From: Myxococcota bacterium
GTDB taxonomy: Bacteria > Myxococcota_A > UBA796 > CAJQPC01
Length of the DNA stretch: 21,217 bases
Direction of reading: 5' to 3'
Assembly: GCA_036012755.1 (NCBI GenBank)
Contig: DASCPX010000178.1
Location: 1 to 21,217 of the forward strand
The notes beneath the pieces are model-generated. The model ran no database searches, was not told the origin of the DNA, and worked only from the letters and a program-made list of their open reading frames with translations. How positions within the stretch are numbered: the first letter of the stretch is position 1; each line of letters opens with the position of its first letter. A program made the translations under genes and the position numbers. This document shows, piece after piece, positions 6,096-15,485 of this stretch.

Positions 6096-7605
6096 CTACG
6101 TGGGCCAGTCCGCGCACATGTCGACGCTCGTGGTCGCGGCCGAGTTCCTCATCCGGATCCAGAGGCGGTACTGGCCGGCGTCGCCGGTGTAGGAGATGGT
6201 CTCGGTCGAGGTCCCCGTCGTGTTGCCCTTGTCGACCTTCTCCCAGTAGCTGCCGTTGTAGGTGTAGAGGAACATGTCGAGGTCCGCCGCGTCGTCGCCG
6301 TAGAGCTCGAAGCTGTGGGTTCCGGACGAGGTGGTCGTGTAGCCCTGCGGGCCCGGGTAGATGCGGTTGGCGACCCCGTTGGTGCGGGGCAGCTCCGCGG
6401 TGAGCGCGTGGTCGGTGCAGACGCTCGCCGCGTCGCCGAGCCCTACATTCGAGAAGGCGTCCTGGGTGGCGGCGTACTGGGACGAGTCGGCCCCGTGGAG
6501 ATCCTGGGCTGCGTCGAGGAAGGCGAGCCGGGCGTCCTCGAAGTCGGAGTTGGACGACATGTACTTCTTGAGCGAGCGGAAGGCGATCTGGCCGGCGTCG
6601 TCGGCGCCCATGCCGCTCACGGTCTCGCTCGGGTAGTCCACGTGGTCGCCGCCTTCGCTCATCAAGTAGAAGGCGTGGGTGATGATCCCGCCGTTGATGT
6701 GGACGCCGCCGTAGTCGGAGCTGCCCGTGTAGAGGTCGTTCATGTGGGAGCGCGACATGCCGTCCGCGCTCGGGTCGTCCAGGAAGCGCACGCCGTCGCC
6801 GCTGACGACGACGTCCTCGCCCATGACCCACACGTCTGCCGAGTCGCCGTCGGCGTAGCGCTCGGACATGGCTCCGAGGATGTCCGCGTAGGCCTCGTCG
6901 AGGGCGCCGGACTGGTTCGCGTAGGTGAGTCCACCGACGTGAGGTGGTCGTCTCCAGCATGTCGTATGTGCCGAACTGGCGCTGCGGGTCCTCCAGGTAG
7001 AAGACGCCCGAGTCCTTCGTCGACTTGATCTCGACGGTCCCACTGTAGTTGGACGTGCCCGTGCCCTTGGCCGTCTTGAGGTTGTCGTAGCGCAGGAGCT
7101 CCTCGCCGCTGTGAGCGTCCACGTAGACCCGCGGCATCGCTGGCGTGGCGAGCTGGTAGAGCTGCACCTCCCAGGCGAGGTGGTCCTCGCCAGCCGAGCG
7201 GAGGACCACGAGCCGCAGCTGGGGCGGATGGGTCTGGGGCTCCCGATCGCTGGCGATGTCGACGGCTTCGTCGCGGTCCAGGGCTGGCAGGGGGGAGACC
7301 GAGATGGCCGGCACGAGGTAGTCGCTCATGCCGACGAGCTCGCCCCGGGGAGCGAGGTGGACGATGAGCTCGCCCCCGACCACCGGCAGGCCGGCGTAGG
7401 TCTGCTGCAGCCGCAAGGTCCCGAGGTCCAGCTCGTCGAGGTCGAAGCGCCGGACGACGAGGTCATGCTCGTCGATGCCCAGGCCCTGGAGGGCGACATC
7501 GAGGCGCGCGCCGGCCAGCGCGAGCTCTACCTGCTGCTCCTCGTCGAGCTCCCACCAGACCGACTCGTCCTCGACCTGCGCGCACGCCAGGACAGCAAAC
7601 AACAT
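6096..7605 (-). pseudogene. M4 (thermolysin-like) metalloprotease lipoprotein, FTP-PepSY-M4-PPC, disrupted by internal deletion plus frameshift
   Basis: The 5' frame has FTP (RLQQTYAGLPVVGGEL), PepSY (YVDAHSGE) and the mature start up to TYDMLETTTS. Near 6940-6945 the frame changes to HVGGLTYANQSGALDEAYADILG...GGVHINGGI and a PPC-like tail (ADLDMFLY). HExxH is absent. Confidence 0.85.
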
Positions 7606-7694
7606 GAGCACCTTCCCGTTTCCAACCGCGACCAGGGTCTGTCGGCTCGCCGGATTGCCGGGTTTCGAGAGGGTTTGGGTGATACCTGGACGTC

Positions 7695-8750
7695 GTGCCC
7701 AAGCCGATCCCTCCTCCTCCTCCGCAAGCCTCAGCGGACGAGACCGGCCGGGCGGTCCGCCTGGCTCGCTGGCTCTATGCCCTGGTGATCGGTGCCTTCC
7801 TGCTCCTGGCTGCTGGCTACTCACCGCAGGGCTTCCCGGTCGACTACGGGCGCGAGGCGAGCCTGTCCTGGACCCTCTGGAAGCTCGAGGGACTGGACGT
7901 CGACACCCTCCGCGCGGAGGGGGACGGTCGCATCGTCTGGCTGCTCGGGGCCAGCGTCGTGCGCGAGTCCTTCGACGAGGACGTCATCAACGCTGCGCTG
8001 CCGGAGGGGGGCCCGCGGGTCGTGAAGATCGGCTTCGACCGCGGCGCCAGCGGGCTTGCATACGGAATGGCCCGACGGCTTCCCCTGCAGCCCGGCGATC
8101 TCGTCGTGCACAACGTCAGCGCCAACAACTTCCGCAGGGACTGGATCGCCTTCGTGGAGCTGCCCCACTGGTGGCTGACGACGCTCTACACCCCCGGCGA
8201 GTTCTGGGCGATCGACGAGCTCTCCGTCCAGGACAAGATCGAGGGCTCGGTGAACTACGCTCCGCGACGCTTCTGGAGCAACCACGACGAGCACCAGGAG
8301 GGCCTCTTCCTGTGGGCTCGATCCCCGCTCTCCGGTGCGCCCGAGGCTCGAGGACAGAGCGTGCACCTGCGCTTCCACACGGGTGAGACGCGAAAGGGCT
8401 TCCACAAGTGGCGGGTGAGCGAGCGGGCCCGCCGACAGCGCGTGCACAGCCTCGAGCGGTGGGACGCCTCGCCCGAGCAGTTCAACGCCCGCGGTCTCAC
8501 CCTGCTCCGCGAGCGCTGCGAGGTCCGCGGCGCAGAGCTCCTCCTCATCACCATCCCACCCAGCGACGCGATGAGCGAGCTGCTCGTCGAGCCTGGCGTG
8601 GAGCCGCTCTGGACCGAGCTGATGGCCGAGGCTGGCATCGAAGCCTGGCCCAAGCCCCCCGAGGACGACTACCACGACTTCATCCACCCCAACTTCAGGG
8701 GGAGGGCGATGCTCAGCGAGCACATGGTGGAGTGGCTCGACGGCCGCTGA
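7695..8750 (+). CDS. membrane-anchored SGNH/GDSL-like (DltD/AlgJ-like) protein
   Basis: N-terminal TM helix, block-I-like VWLLGAS, C-terminal DxxH motif (YHDFIHPNFRG). Confidence 0.65.
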   Translation: MPKPIPPPPPQASADETGRAVRLARWLYALVIGAFLLLAAGYSPQGFPVDYGREASLSWTLWKLEGLDVDTLRAEGDGRIVWLLGASVVRESFDEDVINAALPEGGPRVVKIGFDRGASGLAYGMARRLPLQPGDLVVHNVSANNFRRDWIAFVELPHWWLTTLYTPGEFWAIDELSVQDKIEGSVNYAPRRFWSNHDEHQEGLFLWARSPLSGAPEARGQSVHLRFHTGETRKGFHKWRVSERARRQRVHSLERWDASPEQFNARGLTLLRERCEVRGAELLLITIPPSDAMSELLVEPGVEPLWTELMAEAGIEAWPKPPEDDYHDFIHPNFRGRAMLSEHMVEWLDGR

Positions 8751-8789
8751 GGGCTATCGCTCAGAGCGTCCTGGTCCGAAGAGCAAGGC

Positions 8790-10106
8790 ATGAAGCCAGT
8801 CGCGAAAGAGGGCGGCGGTCTGTCGACCCTCCTGATCCTGACCCACGCGCCTGTCGCGGTCTTCACGGTCGGATGCCTCCTCGCGAGCGTGGGCGTGATC
8901 GCGGTCTTCGACCAGCAGATCGCCGAGCTCGTCGCCGGGGTCGCCCAGGACGCCAACGAGGTCGAGGCGCTCCAACTCTTCGCGGTCAGGGCAAAGGCCG
9001 CCTGGGGGGTCTTCCTCTCGCTGTTGCTCCTGAGCGTGCTCATCGGCACCCTGGTGACGATCTGGTCCCACCGGCGTCTCGTCGCCGGCTTCGAGCGCCA
9101 ACTCGAAGAGCGTGACGCGACGCTGAGGGGTGACCACGAGCGCCAGCTGTTCAGGACCCGCCTGGCCCAGGCGATGTCGATGGCCGACCGCGAGTCAGAG
9201 GCGCTGGCTGTCGCCGAGCGCGCCCTGGCGCTGGCTGCCCCGGAGATGCCAGCCGAGCTCCTGTTGGCGGACTCCAGCCAGGCCCACCTTCGGCGGGAGA
9301 TCGTCGGGGCCAGTGGCCCAGCCGCCTGCGAGGTCCAGAGTCCAGAGGCCTGCCATGCGGTTCGACGAGGATCCGCCTTGGTCTTCGAAGACAGCCGGAA
9401 CCTCGACGCTTGCACCCACCTGGGCCATCGGGGGCCCTGCAGCGCGGCTTGCATCCCGGTCAGCGTGATGGGGCGGAGCGTGGGCGTGCTGCACGTGGTC
9501 TCGGAGGCGGAGGTGCCGCCGGGGCTGGAGACAGTGCGGCAGCTCACCTTCCTGGCCGACCAGTTCGGCACGCGGGTCGGCATGGTCCGGGCCCTGGCGA
9601 CCAGCCAGCTCCAGGCCGACACGGACGCGCTCACGGGCCTGCTCAACCGCCGAAGCCTGGAGGCCCGCGTGCGACCTGCCCTGGCGACTGGGACCTCGGC
9701 GGCGGTGGCGATGTGCGACCTCGATCACTTCAAGCATCTCAACGACACCCACGGCCACGCCACAGGCGATCGCGCCCTGCGCGTGTTCTCCGGTGTCCTC
9801 CGGGCGGAGCTCCCCGATGGCGCGGTCATCGGGCGTCATGGCGGCGAGGAGTTCGTGGTCGTGCTCCCCGGAGTCCACCTCGACGAGGCCTTCGGCCACC
9901 TCGAGGACGTGCGCGAGGCCCTCGCGGAGGCCATCGGGCGGTCCGGGTTGCCAGTCTTCACGTGCAGCTTCGGACTCACCCACACCTCCCGCCAGGGCCA
10001 CCGGCTGGAGACGCTGATAGAGGGCGCTGACGCGCTGCTCTACCGGGCCAAGGAAGCCGGTCGGGACCGGATCGAGATCGAGCGCAGGCTGGCCGCGCTG
10101 GGCTGA
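8790..10106 (+). CDS. membrane-bound GAF-GGDEF diguanylate cyclase
   Basis: Two TM helices, a GAF-like region (CIPVSVMGRSVGVLH), DALTGLLNRR, DLDHFKHLNDTHGH and GRHGGEEF. Confidence 0.93.
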   Translation: MKPVAKEGGGLSTLLILTHAPVAVFTVGCLLASVGVIAVFDQQIAELVAGVAQDANEVEALQLFAVRAKAAWGVFLSLLLLSVLIGTLVTIWSHRRLVAGFERQLEERDATLRGDHERQLFRTRLAQAMSMADRESEALAVAERALALAAPEMPAELLLADSSQAHLRREIVGASGPAACEVQSPEACHAVRRGSALVFEDSRNLDACTHLGHRGPCSAACIPVSVMGRSVGVLHVVSEAEVPPGLETVRQLTFLADQFGTRVGMVRALATSQLQADTDALTGLLNRRSLEARVRPALATGTSAAVAMCDLDHFKHLNDTHGHATGDRALRVFSGVLRAELPDGAVIGRHGGEEFVVVLPGVHLDEAFGHLEDVREALAEAIGRSGLPVFTCSFGLTHTSRQGHRLETLIEGADALLYRAKEAGRDRIEIERRLAALG

Positions 10107-10133
10107 GCTTGCCTGTGGATGGTAGAAAGCTCT

Positions 10134-11033
10134 GTGCTCGCCGTCCTGCTCCTCTCCTGCGTCGACTATGGGGTGACGCGCAACACGGAGAGGGAGAGCT
10201 GGACCCAGCCAGCCCGTGAAGGTGGCGTGGACATTCTCTGGGTAGTGGACGACAGCCAGTCCATGTACGAGGAGCAGCAGCAGCTCGCCGAGCACAGCGG
10301 CAATTTCATCGAGCTCCTGCTGAACATCCCGGTGGACTTCCGCCTCGCCGTCACGACGACCGACATGGAGGAGGGGGGAGGTGCGCTGGTCGGTGAGATC
10401 CTCACCGGTGAGACCGAGGAGCTGCGGGAGGCGTTCATCGCCCAGGCGACGGACCTCGACAACGGGAGCCGGGACGAGCGCGGCTTCGACGCTGCGATCT
10501 TCGCCTCCGATCCGAGCACCTCGGACTTCGCACGGACGGCCTCGGACCTGGAGGTCGTCTTCTTCACCGACGAGGACGACCAGTCCGACATGGACGTCGA
10601 GACCTTCGCCGAAGAGCTGCGGTCGCAGCGCAACGGCGGTGTCTTCGTCAACGGCATCATCGGCGATCTGCCAGAGGGCTGCGCCTCCCTCATCGCCGCC
10701 GCGGACCCGGGCTTCAAGTACGTCGATGCCCAGTCGGAGACAGGCGGCACGCGGGAGTCGATCTGCTCGGACGACTACGGCGCCATGCTCGAGCGCGTCG
10801 CCTACCACGTGCTGGGCCTGAACAACGTCTATGCCCTGGCCGCGGTCCCGGAGCCTGCCTCCCTCGAGGTCCGGGTCGACAACGTGATCATCCCGGAGCG
10901 CGATCGACATGGCTGGAGCTACGACCCTGGCGAGAACGTCGTGATCCTCGATGGGTTCGGCGTGCCGAGGCCCGGGTCGGACGTCGTGATCCGGTACTTC
11001 GAGTGGTTCGGGGCCGACGAGGACACAGGATGA
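10134..11033 (+). CDS. vWA-like (MIDAS) lipoprotein
   Basis: VDILWVVDDSQSM (DxSxS) and VVFFTDEDD. Lipobox LLSC. GTG 10134 preferred over ATG 10119 because the intervening codons GTA GAA AGC TCT are atypical for this genome. Confidence 0.75.
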   Translation: MLAVLLLSCVDYGVTRNTERESWTQPAREGGVDILWVVDDSQSMYEEQQQLAEHSGNFIELLLNIPVDFRLAVTTTDMEEGGGALVGEILTGETEELREAFIAQATDLDNGSRDERGFDAAIFASDPSTSDFARTASDLEVVFFTDEDDQSDMDVETFAEELRSQRNGGVFVNGIIGDLPEGCASLIAAADPGFKYVDAQSETGGTRESICSDDYGAMLERVAYHVLGLNNVYALAAVPEPASLEVRVDNVIIPERDRHGWSYDPGENVVILDGFGVPRPGSDVVIRYFEWFGADEDTG

Positions 11034-12673
11034 TCCTGCTGGCGATCCTCGGCTGTGACGGAGAGGGGCTGTTCCAGGACAACGGCGGCGGCGACGAGAT
11101 CATGTCGATCCGCGTCGAACCGCCAGAGGTCCGCGTCGAGACCGGCGAAGAGGCCCCAGCAGAGGTCGAGTTCGTCGCGGTCGCCACCTTCGGAGACGGC
11201 AGCGAGCGCGAGCTCGACCTCGTCGCCTGGGAGAGCTCGAACCACTCCGCCGGGACCATCGACGACGACGGCGACTTCATCTCCAGGACCACCAACGGAG
11301 GCGTCGCGACGATCACGGCGAACCACGTCGGGATCGAGGGCACGGCCACCGTCACGGTCGTCTACGTCGACTCCTGGATCAACGGAGACCTGCCCGGCAT
11401 CGCAGAGGCCTTCGACGAGGCCACTCCGGCGAGCGGAGGTCCGGACATCACCTACCCCTACGACGAGCTCCGGGTGCCGCGGAACCTCGAGGGCCTGCGG
11501 TTCTTCTGGGAGGGGGCCGACGACGTCGTCTCCCGCCTGCGTCTCCAGAGCGTCATCACCGACATGTCCGTGTACACCGAGGGCTCCGACTGGACGCTCG
11601 ACTCCGACATCTGGGAGCTCATCGCCGCCAGCAACCGCGAGGGGCATGTCACGGTGAACGTGACCTCGGGCAGCTGGAACGGGAGCTCGCTCACGGACGT
11701 GAAGGTCGGTGGCGACCTCTCCATGACCGTCAACCGCTTCGACGCCCGCGGGAGCGTCGTCTACTGGTCCACCGCGGACACCGCGATCATGCGCATCCCC
11801 TTCGGCGAGCTGGAGGCCTCGATCTTCTTCGCGCCGGAGAGCGGAAACTGCGTCGGCTGCCACGTGCTCTCCAACGAGCGCGACCGCATGGTCGTGACCC
11901 ATGACGGCCCCAGCGGACGCTTCCAGGTCATCAACGTCGCCGACCCGGACGACCCGACCGAGGCCGTGGGCACGGACGACGATCGTCGGGCCACCTTCAA
12001 AGCCCTTCACCCGGAGGGCTCCTACATGATCGCCAGCGACGCTGGCCAGCTCCACCTCTACCAGCTCTGGGACGGACTGAAGGTCCGGACCTATGACGAC
12101 GACTACATCACCCAGCCGGACTTCCACCCCGATGGGGACGAGCTCGTCGCCGTGCGTGTCGTGAGCGGCCACAAGGACGAGTTCACCTTCCAGCAAGGCG
12201 AGATCGTCAAGGCCAGCTTCGACCTGGAGACAGGCGACCTCGGATCCTGGGAGGTCCTCGTCGCCAGCGATGGGACCAACAACCGCTACTACCCGAGCTA
12301 CTCCCCCGACGGTGCCTGGATCGCGTTCAACAAGGCCCAGGGCAGCGCCTACGCGAACATCCAGGCGCGGCTGGCCCTGGTCAAGTCCGACGGCAGCATC
12401 GTCATCGACCTCGACAACGCCAACGGCGAAGGCGCTCTCCAGAACAGCTGGCCCCGCTGGGGACCGCTGCCAGACGACGACGTGCTCTGGCTGGCCTACT
12501 CCTCTCGGCGCGCCTACCCTGGCCAGCTCCCCTCCACGGCCCCTCAGCTCTGGGTGACCGGCATCGACGAGAACCTCGCCGAGCAGGGGCTGGACCCGAG
12601 CGCAGCACCCTTCTGGCTCCCTGCTCAGGACACGCAGTCCGACAACCACGTGCCCATCTGGTGGGAGAAGTGA
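11030..12673 (+). CDS. lipoprotein with Ig-like domain and TolB/PD40-type beta-propeller, single CxxCH
   Basis: ATGA overlap, starts MILLAILGC. Big_2-like VAWESSN...ATITA, PD40-like repeats (QPDFHPDG, YPSYSPDGAWIAF, WPRWGP) and CVGCH. Confidence 0.8.
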   Translation: MILLAILGCDGEGLFQDNGGGDEIMSIRVEPPEVRVETGEEAPAEVEFVAVATFGDGSERELDLVAWESSNHSAGTIDDDGDFISRTTNGGVATITANHVGIEGTATVTVVYVDSWINGDLPGIAEAFDEATPASGGPDITYPYDELRVPRNLEGLRFFWEGADDVVSRLRLQSVITDMSVYTEGSDWTLDSDIWELIAASNREGHVTVNVTSGSWNGSSLTDVKVGGDLSMTVNRFDARGSVVYWSTADTAIMRIPFGELEASIFFAPESGNCVGCHVLSNERDRMVVTHDGPSGRFQVINVADPDDPTEAVGTDDDRRATFKALHPEGSYMIASDAGQLHLYQLWDGLKVRTYDDDYITQPDFHPDGDELVAVRVVSGHKDEFTFQQGEIVKASFDLETGDLGSWEVLVASDGTNNRYYPSYSPDGAWIAFNKAQGSAYANIQARLALVKSDGSIVIDLDNANGEGALQNSWPRWGPLPDDDVLWLAYSSRRAYPGQLPSTAPQLWVTGIDENLAEQGLDPSAAPFWLPAQDTQSDNHVPIWWEK

Positions 12674-14946
12674 GCCTCCTGGTCCTCGCCTGCAGCTCCT
12701 CGTCGGTGAAGCTCGAGGTGCTCGGCGAGGACGGAGCGCCGCTCTCCGGCGCCATCGCCATCCGACCCGACGCCTCCATCGAGTCGGACAGCACCGGGCG
12801 CATCGCCCTCTGGCTCGACCGCCCTGAGCTCTGGCTCGTCGAAGCTCCCGGCCACATCGCCGAGCCCGTCATCGTGGGACCGGACGACCACTTCACCCGA
12901 ATCGAGGTGCGGCTGTTGCGCGAGGAGGGCCGCCACGTCCTGCACTTCGGCGGCGACGTCATGCTGGGCCGGCGCTACGAGCAGCCCAGCTCGGGGGTGG
13001 CGCTCATAGATCCCGCTGACCGCGATGCCTGCTCACGGCGCATGGTCTCCGACCTCGCGCCCCTGTTTGCCGCGGCCGACATCTCGATGGTCAACCTGGA
13101 GAGCGTGCTCGGCGATCTCGGCGACGCCGACGCCTACCCGGCGAAGCGCTGGCTGATCCAGACCCATCCGGACAGCCTGGCCGCCTTCGAGGAGCTGGGG
13201 GTCGATCTCGTCGGGCTCGCGAACAACCACCAGCGGGACTGGCTCGACGATGGCGTCGGCTCCACCATCGACGCCCTCGATGCCCGTGGCCTCCCCTGGC
13301 TCGGCGCTGGCGCTGACATCGAGGAGTCCCTCCAGACTCGCGTCCTCGTCCTCGACGATCTGCGCGTCGGGGTCGTGGCCTTCACCAGCGTGGACGGGGC
13401 CTACGTCAACGAGACCCTCCCGACGGCCGATGACGACCTGCCCTCGTCGATCGGCGAGAACGAGGCCTGGAAGTGGGAGGAGCGTTCCTGGGGGACCGCC
13501 GACATCCCAGAGGAGCAACGCTTGCCTGGCGATGCCTGGCGGTTGTTCATCTCACTCGAGGACGAGCTCGACGACCCGGCGGAGGCATGGGCGTCGCTCC
13601 GAGCGGTCTACCCCGAGCTCCAGGACTGGGTCGCCCACCGAGGGCACGGCGGCGCCGCTGCCTGGGACCAGGACACGGCGGAGCTCCTCATCGCCGAGCT
13701 CGACAGCCAGGTCGACCTCGTCGTGGCGCAGCTCCACATGGGCTACCAGTTCTCGAACGCGCCCTCGGCCGGCGTGCGGGAAGCAGCGAAGGCCGCGATC
13801 GACGCAGGCGCGGACATCGTGGTCGGTCACCACCCCCACGTGCTCCAGGGCATCGAGGTCAGCGACGGCAAGCTGATGGCATGGAGCCTCGGCAACCTCG
13901 CCTTCGACCAGGACTTCCTGGCGACCTGGCGCAGCGCGGTCCTTCGCACGGTGTACTCGGATGACGGCGAGCTCGTGCAGGCCCGACTGGTACCCCTCGT
14001 CATGGACGACTACCGGCCGGTGCCCGTCCACGGCGTCGCGGCTCGGGACATCCTCCGGGAGGCATACGAGCGCGGAGTCTCCCAGACGACCGCTCGGCGT
14101 GGCGAGGACGACCGGGTCAGGGCGATGGTCGAGGCGGTGGAGAGCGAGCCGGTCGGATTCGTCCTCGAGCACGGCACGGTGCGCATCGTCGTGAAGCCCC
14201 GGACCACGGACGCCTCGCTGAGCGTTCCGCGGAAGGACACAGCAGAGCTGCCCCAGGACGGACTGGTCGCCGTGACGGGAGAGGGGGTGCTGGTCGGTCG
14301 CGACCTGTGGTCCTTCGGCTCCTTCGAGGACGAGGACGCCGACACCCGCGACGACATCCTGGGCTGGTCCCTGAGCCCGAGCGCGGAGATCGTCCACAGC
14401 GGTGACCAGCAGCGACACGTGCTGGAGCTCAGGAGAGAGCCGCTCAACTCCGCCAGCGTCGTCGCCTCGTTCACCGCGCGGGCGGTGATGTTCGACCATC
14501 GGGTCTGGACGGGGTCCGACGGCGTCGGGCTCGACGGTGAAGCCAGCTGGTCGGTGCGCTTCCTCGCACGCGGAAAGGGAGACCGGAACGAGGGCCTCGT
14601 CAACGTCACCCTCGTCCACTACGACGACACGGACCCCACCATCGATCCCTGGACGGTCACGCTGGCCGAGCTGGAGCTGCCGTTCTCCATCGGCGGTGTC
14701 GGCTGGCAGGAGGTCCTCGTGGAGATCCCGCCAGAGGCGCTGGTGGCGGTCGACGGGCTCAGCCCGAACGCGGCCCGCGTGCAGCTGGAGCTGCCCCCTC
14801 CACCCTTCAGGAGCAGCCTCCTCCAGATCGACGAGGTGGAGTTCATCGAGTGGCGGCCAGCGCGGGGCGACCTCGGCGCCTATCGCCGGGTACGAAGCGA
14901 AGACGGCAAGCGCCACACAGCAGACCTGGAGTTGTTGCCATGGTGA
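12670..14946 (+). CDS. CapA (PGA_cap) family metallo-hydrolase lipoprotein with C-terminal beta-sandwich extension
   Basis: GTGA overlap, starts MSLLVLAC. Motifs GGDVMLGR, VNLES, LANNH, LHMG, GHHPHVLQ and SLGNLAFDQ. Confidence 0.88.
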   Translation: MSLLVLACSSSSVKLEVLGEDGAPLSGAIAIRPDASIESDSTGRIALWLDRPELWLVEAPGHIAEPVIVGPDDHFTRIEVRLLREEGRHVLHFGGDVMLGRRYEQPSSGVALIDPADRDACSRRMVSDLAPLFAAADISMVNLESVLGDLGDADAYPAKRWLIQTHPDSLAAFEELGVDLVGLANNHQRDWLDDGVGSTIDALDARGLPWLGAGADIEESLQTRVLVLDDLRVGVVAFTSVDGAYVNETLPTADDDLPSSIGENEAWKWEERSWGTADIPEEQRLPGDAWRLFISLEDELDDPAEAWASLRAVYPELQDWVAHRGHGGAAAWDQDTAELLIAELDSQVDLVVAQLHMGYQFSNAPSAGVREAAKAAIDAGADIVVGHHPHVLQGIEVSDGKLMAWSLGNLAFDQDFLATWRSAVLRTVYSDDGELVQARLVPLVMDDYRPVPVHGVAARDILREAYERGVSQTTARRGEDDRVRAMVEAVESEPVGFVLEHGTVRIVVKPRTTDASLSVPRKDTAELPQDGLVAVTGEGVLVGRDLWSFGSFEDEDADTRDDILGWSLSPSAEIVHSGDQQRHVLELRREPLNSASVVASFTARAVMFDHRVWTGSDGVGLDGEASWSVRFLARGKGDRNEGLVNVTLVHYDDTDPTIDPWTVTLAELELPFSIGGVGWQEVLVEIPPEALVAVDGLSPNAARVQLELPPPPFRSSLLQIDEVEFIEWRPARGDLGAYRRVRSEDGKRHTADLELLPW

Positions 14947-15485
14947 TCCTCTTGTTGGCATGCAGCGGGACGGAGGGGACCGCCGCCGGCGGCTCGGTGC
15001 TCGTCGCGGACTACGCGATGCTCGGAGACGGCACCTCGTGGACCTACCGCGACGACGCCCTCGGGCCAGAGTCCGACAGCCCGGCCGAGGAGGAGCTGCT
15101 CCACGCGCGACACGTCGGCGATGGGGTCGTGGAGTTTCGCAGGGGGCTCCGGTGGGCGGACGCCGTCGAAGAGGGCAAGCTCGTGTGGTCGGAGGCTGAC
15201 GGGCTGACGCTCGTCGAGTGGGACCTGGGAGAGGCCCAGGGATCCGGCGAGATCTTCATGTCCGCCGAGACCCCCGAGCCGAAAGCGATGACCTTCAGCG
15301 GGAAGTACACCTGCACGACGTTCATGGATGCGCCCGTCGAGACCTACTACGGCACCTTCGAGCTGGCGCTGGTCTTCGACTGCGACGGAGGCGGCATGGG
15401 CGGCACCTACGCCTTCGCCTACGGCTGGGGGCTCGTCCAGGTCGACGCCGGCGGCATCCTGCTAGATCTGGTCGGTCCCTGGTAG
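14940..15485 (+). CDS. small beta-rich lipoprotein, unknown function
   Basis: GGAG SD at 14928-14931, starts MVILLLAC, overlaps the upstream stop, strong GC3 bias. Confidence 0.75.
   Translation: MVILLLACSGTEGTAAGGSVLVADYAMLGDGTSWTYRDDALGPESDSPAEEELLHARHVGDGVVEFRRGLRWADAVEEGKLVWSEADGLTLVEWDLGEAQGSGEIFMSAETPEPKAMTFSGKYTCTTFMDAPVETYYGTFELALVFDCDGGGMGGTYAFAYGWGLVQVDAGGILLDLVGPW

Noticed and set aside
6935..6950. Programmed ribosomal frameshift restoring the protease
   Set aside because: No slippery heptamer is visible, and restoring the frame would still lack HExxH.
716..7605. Complete RiPP biosynthetic cluster
   Set aside because: No precursor peptide, core maturase or dedicated exporter is identifiable. 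Only RRE-like hints were kept as findings.
4810..7824. 1004-aa minus-strand ORF as a single protein
   Set aside because: Only about 7605-6945 is real (M4 N-terminus). The rest is Arg/Pro/Gly-rich off-frame read-through over the M4 C-terminus and the methyltransferase.
12670..14946. Poly-gamma-glutamate capsule locus
   Set aside because: No capB or capC in the window. The CapA domain alone is not diagnostic.
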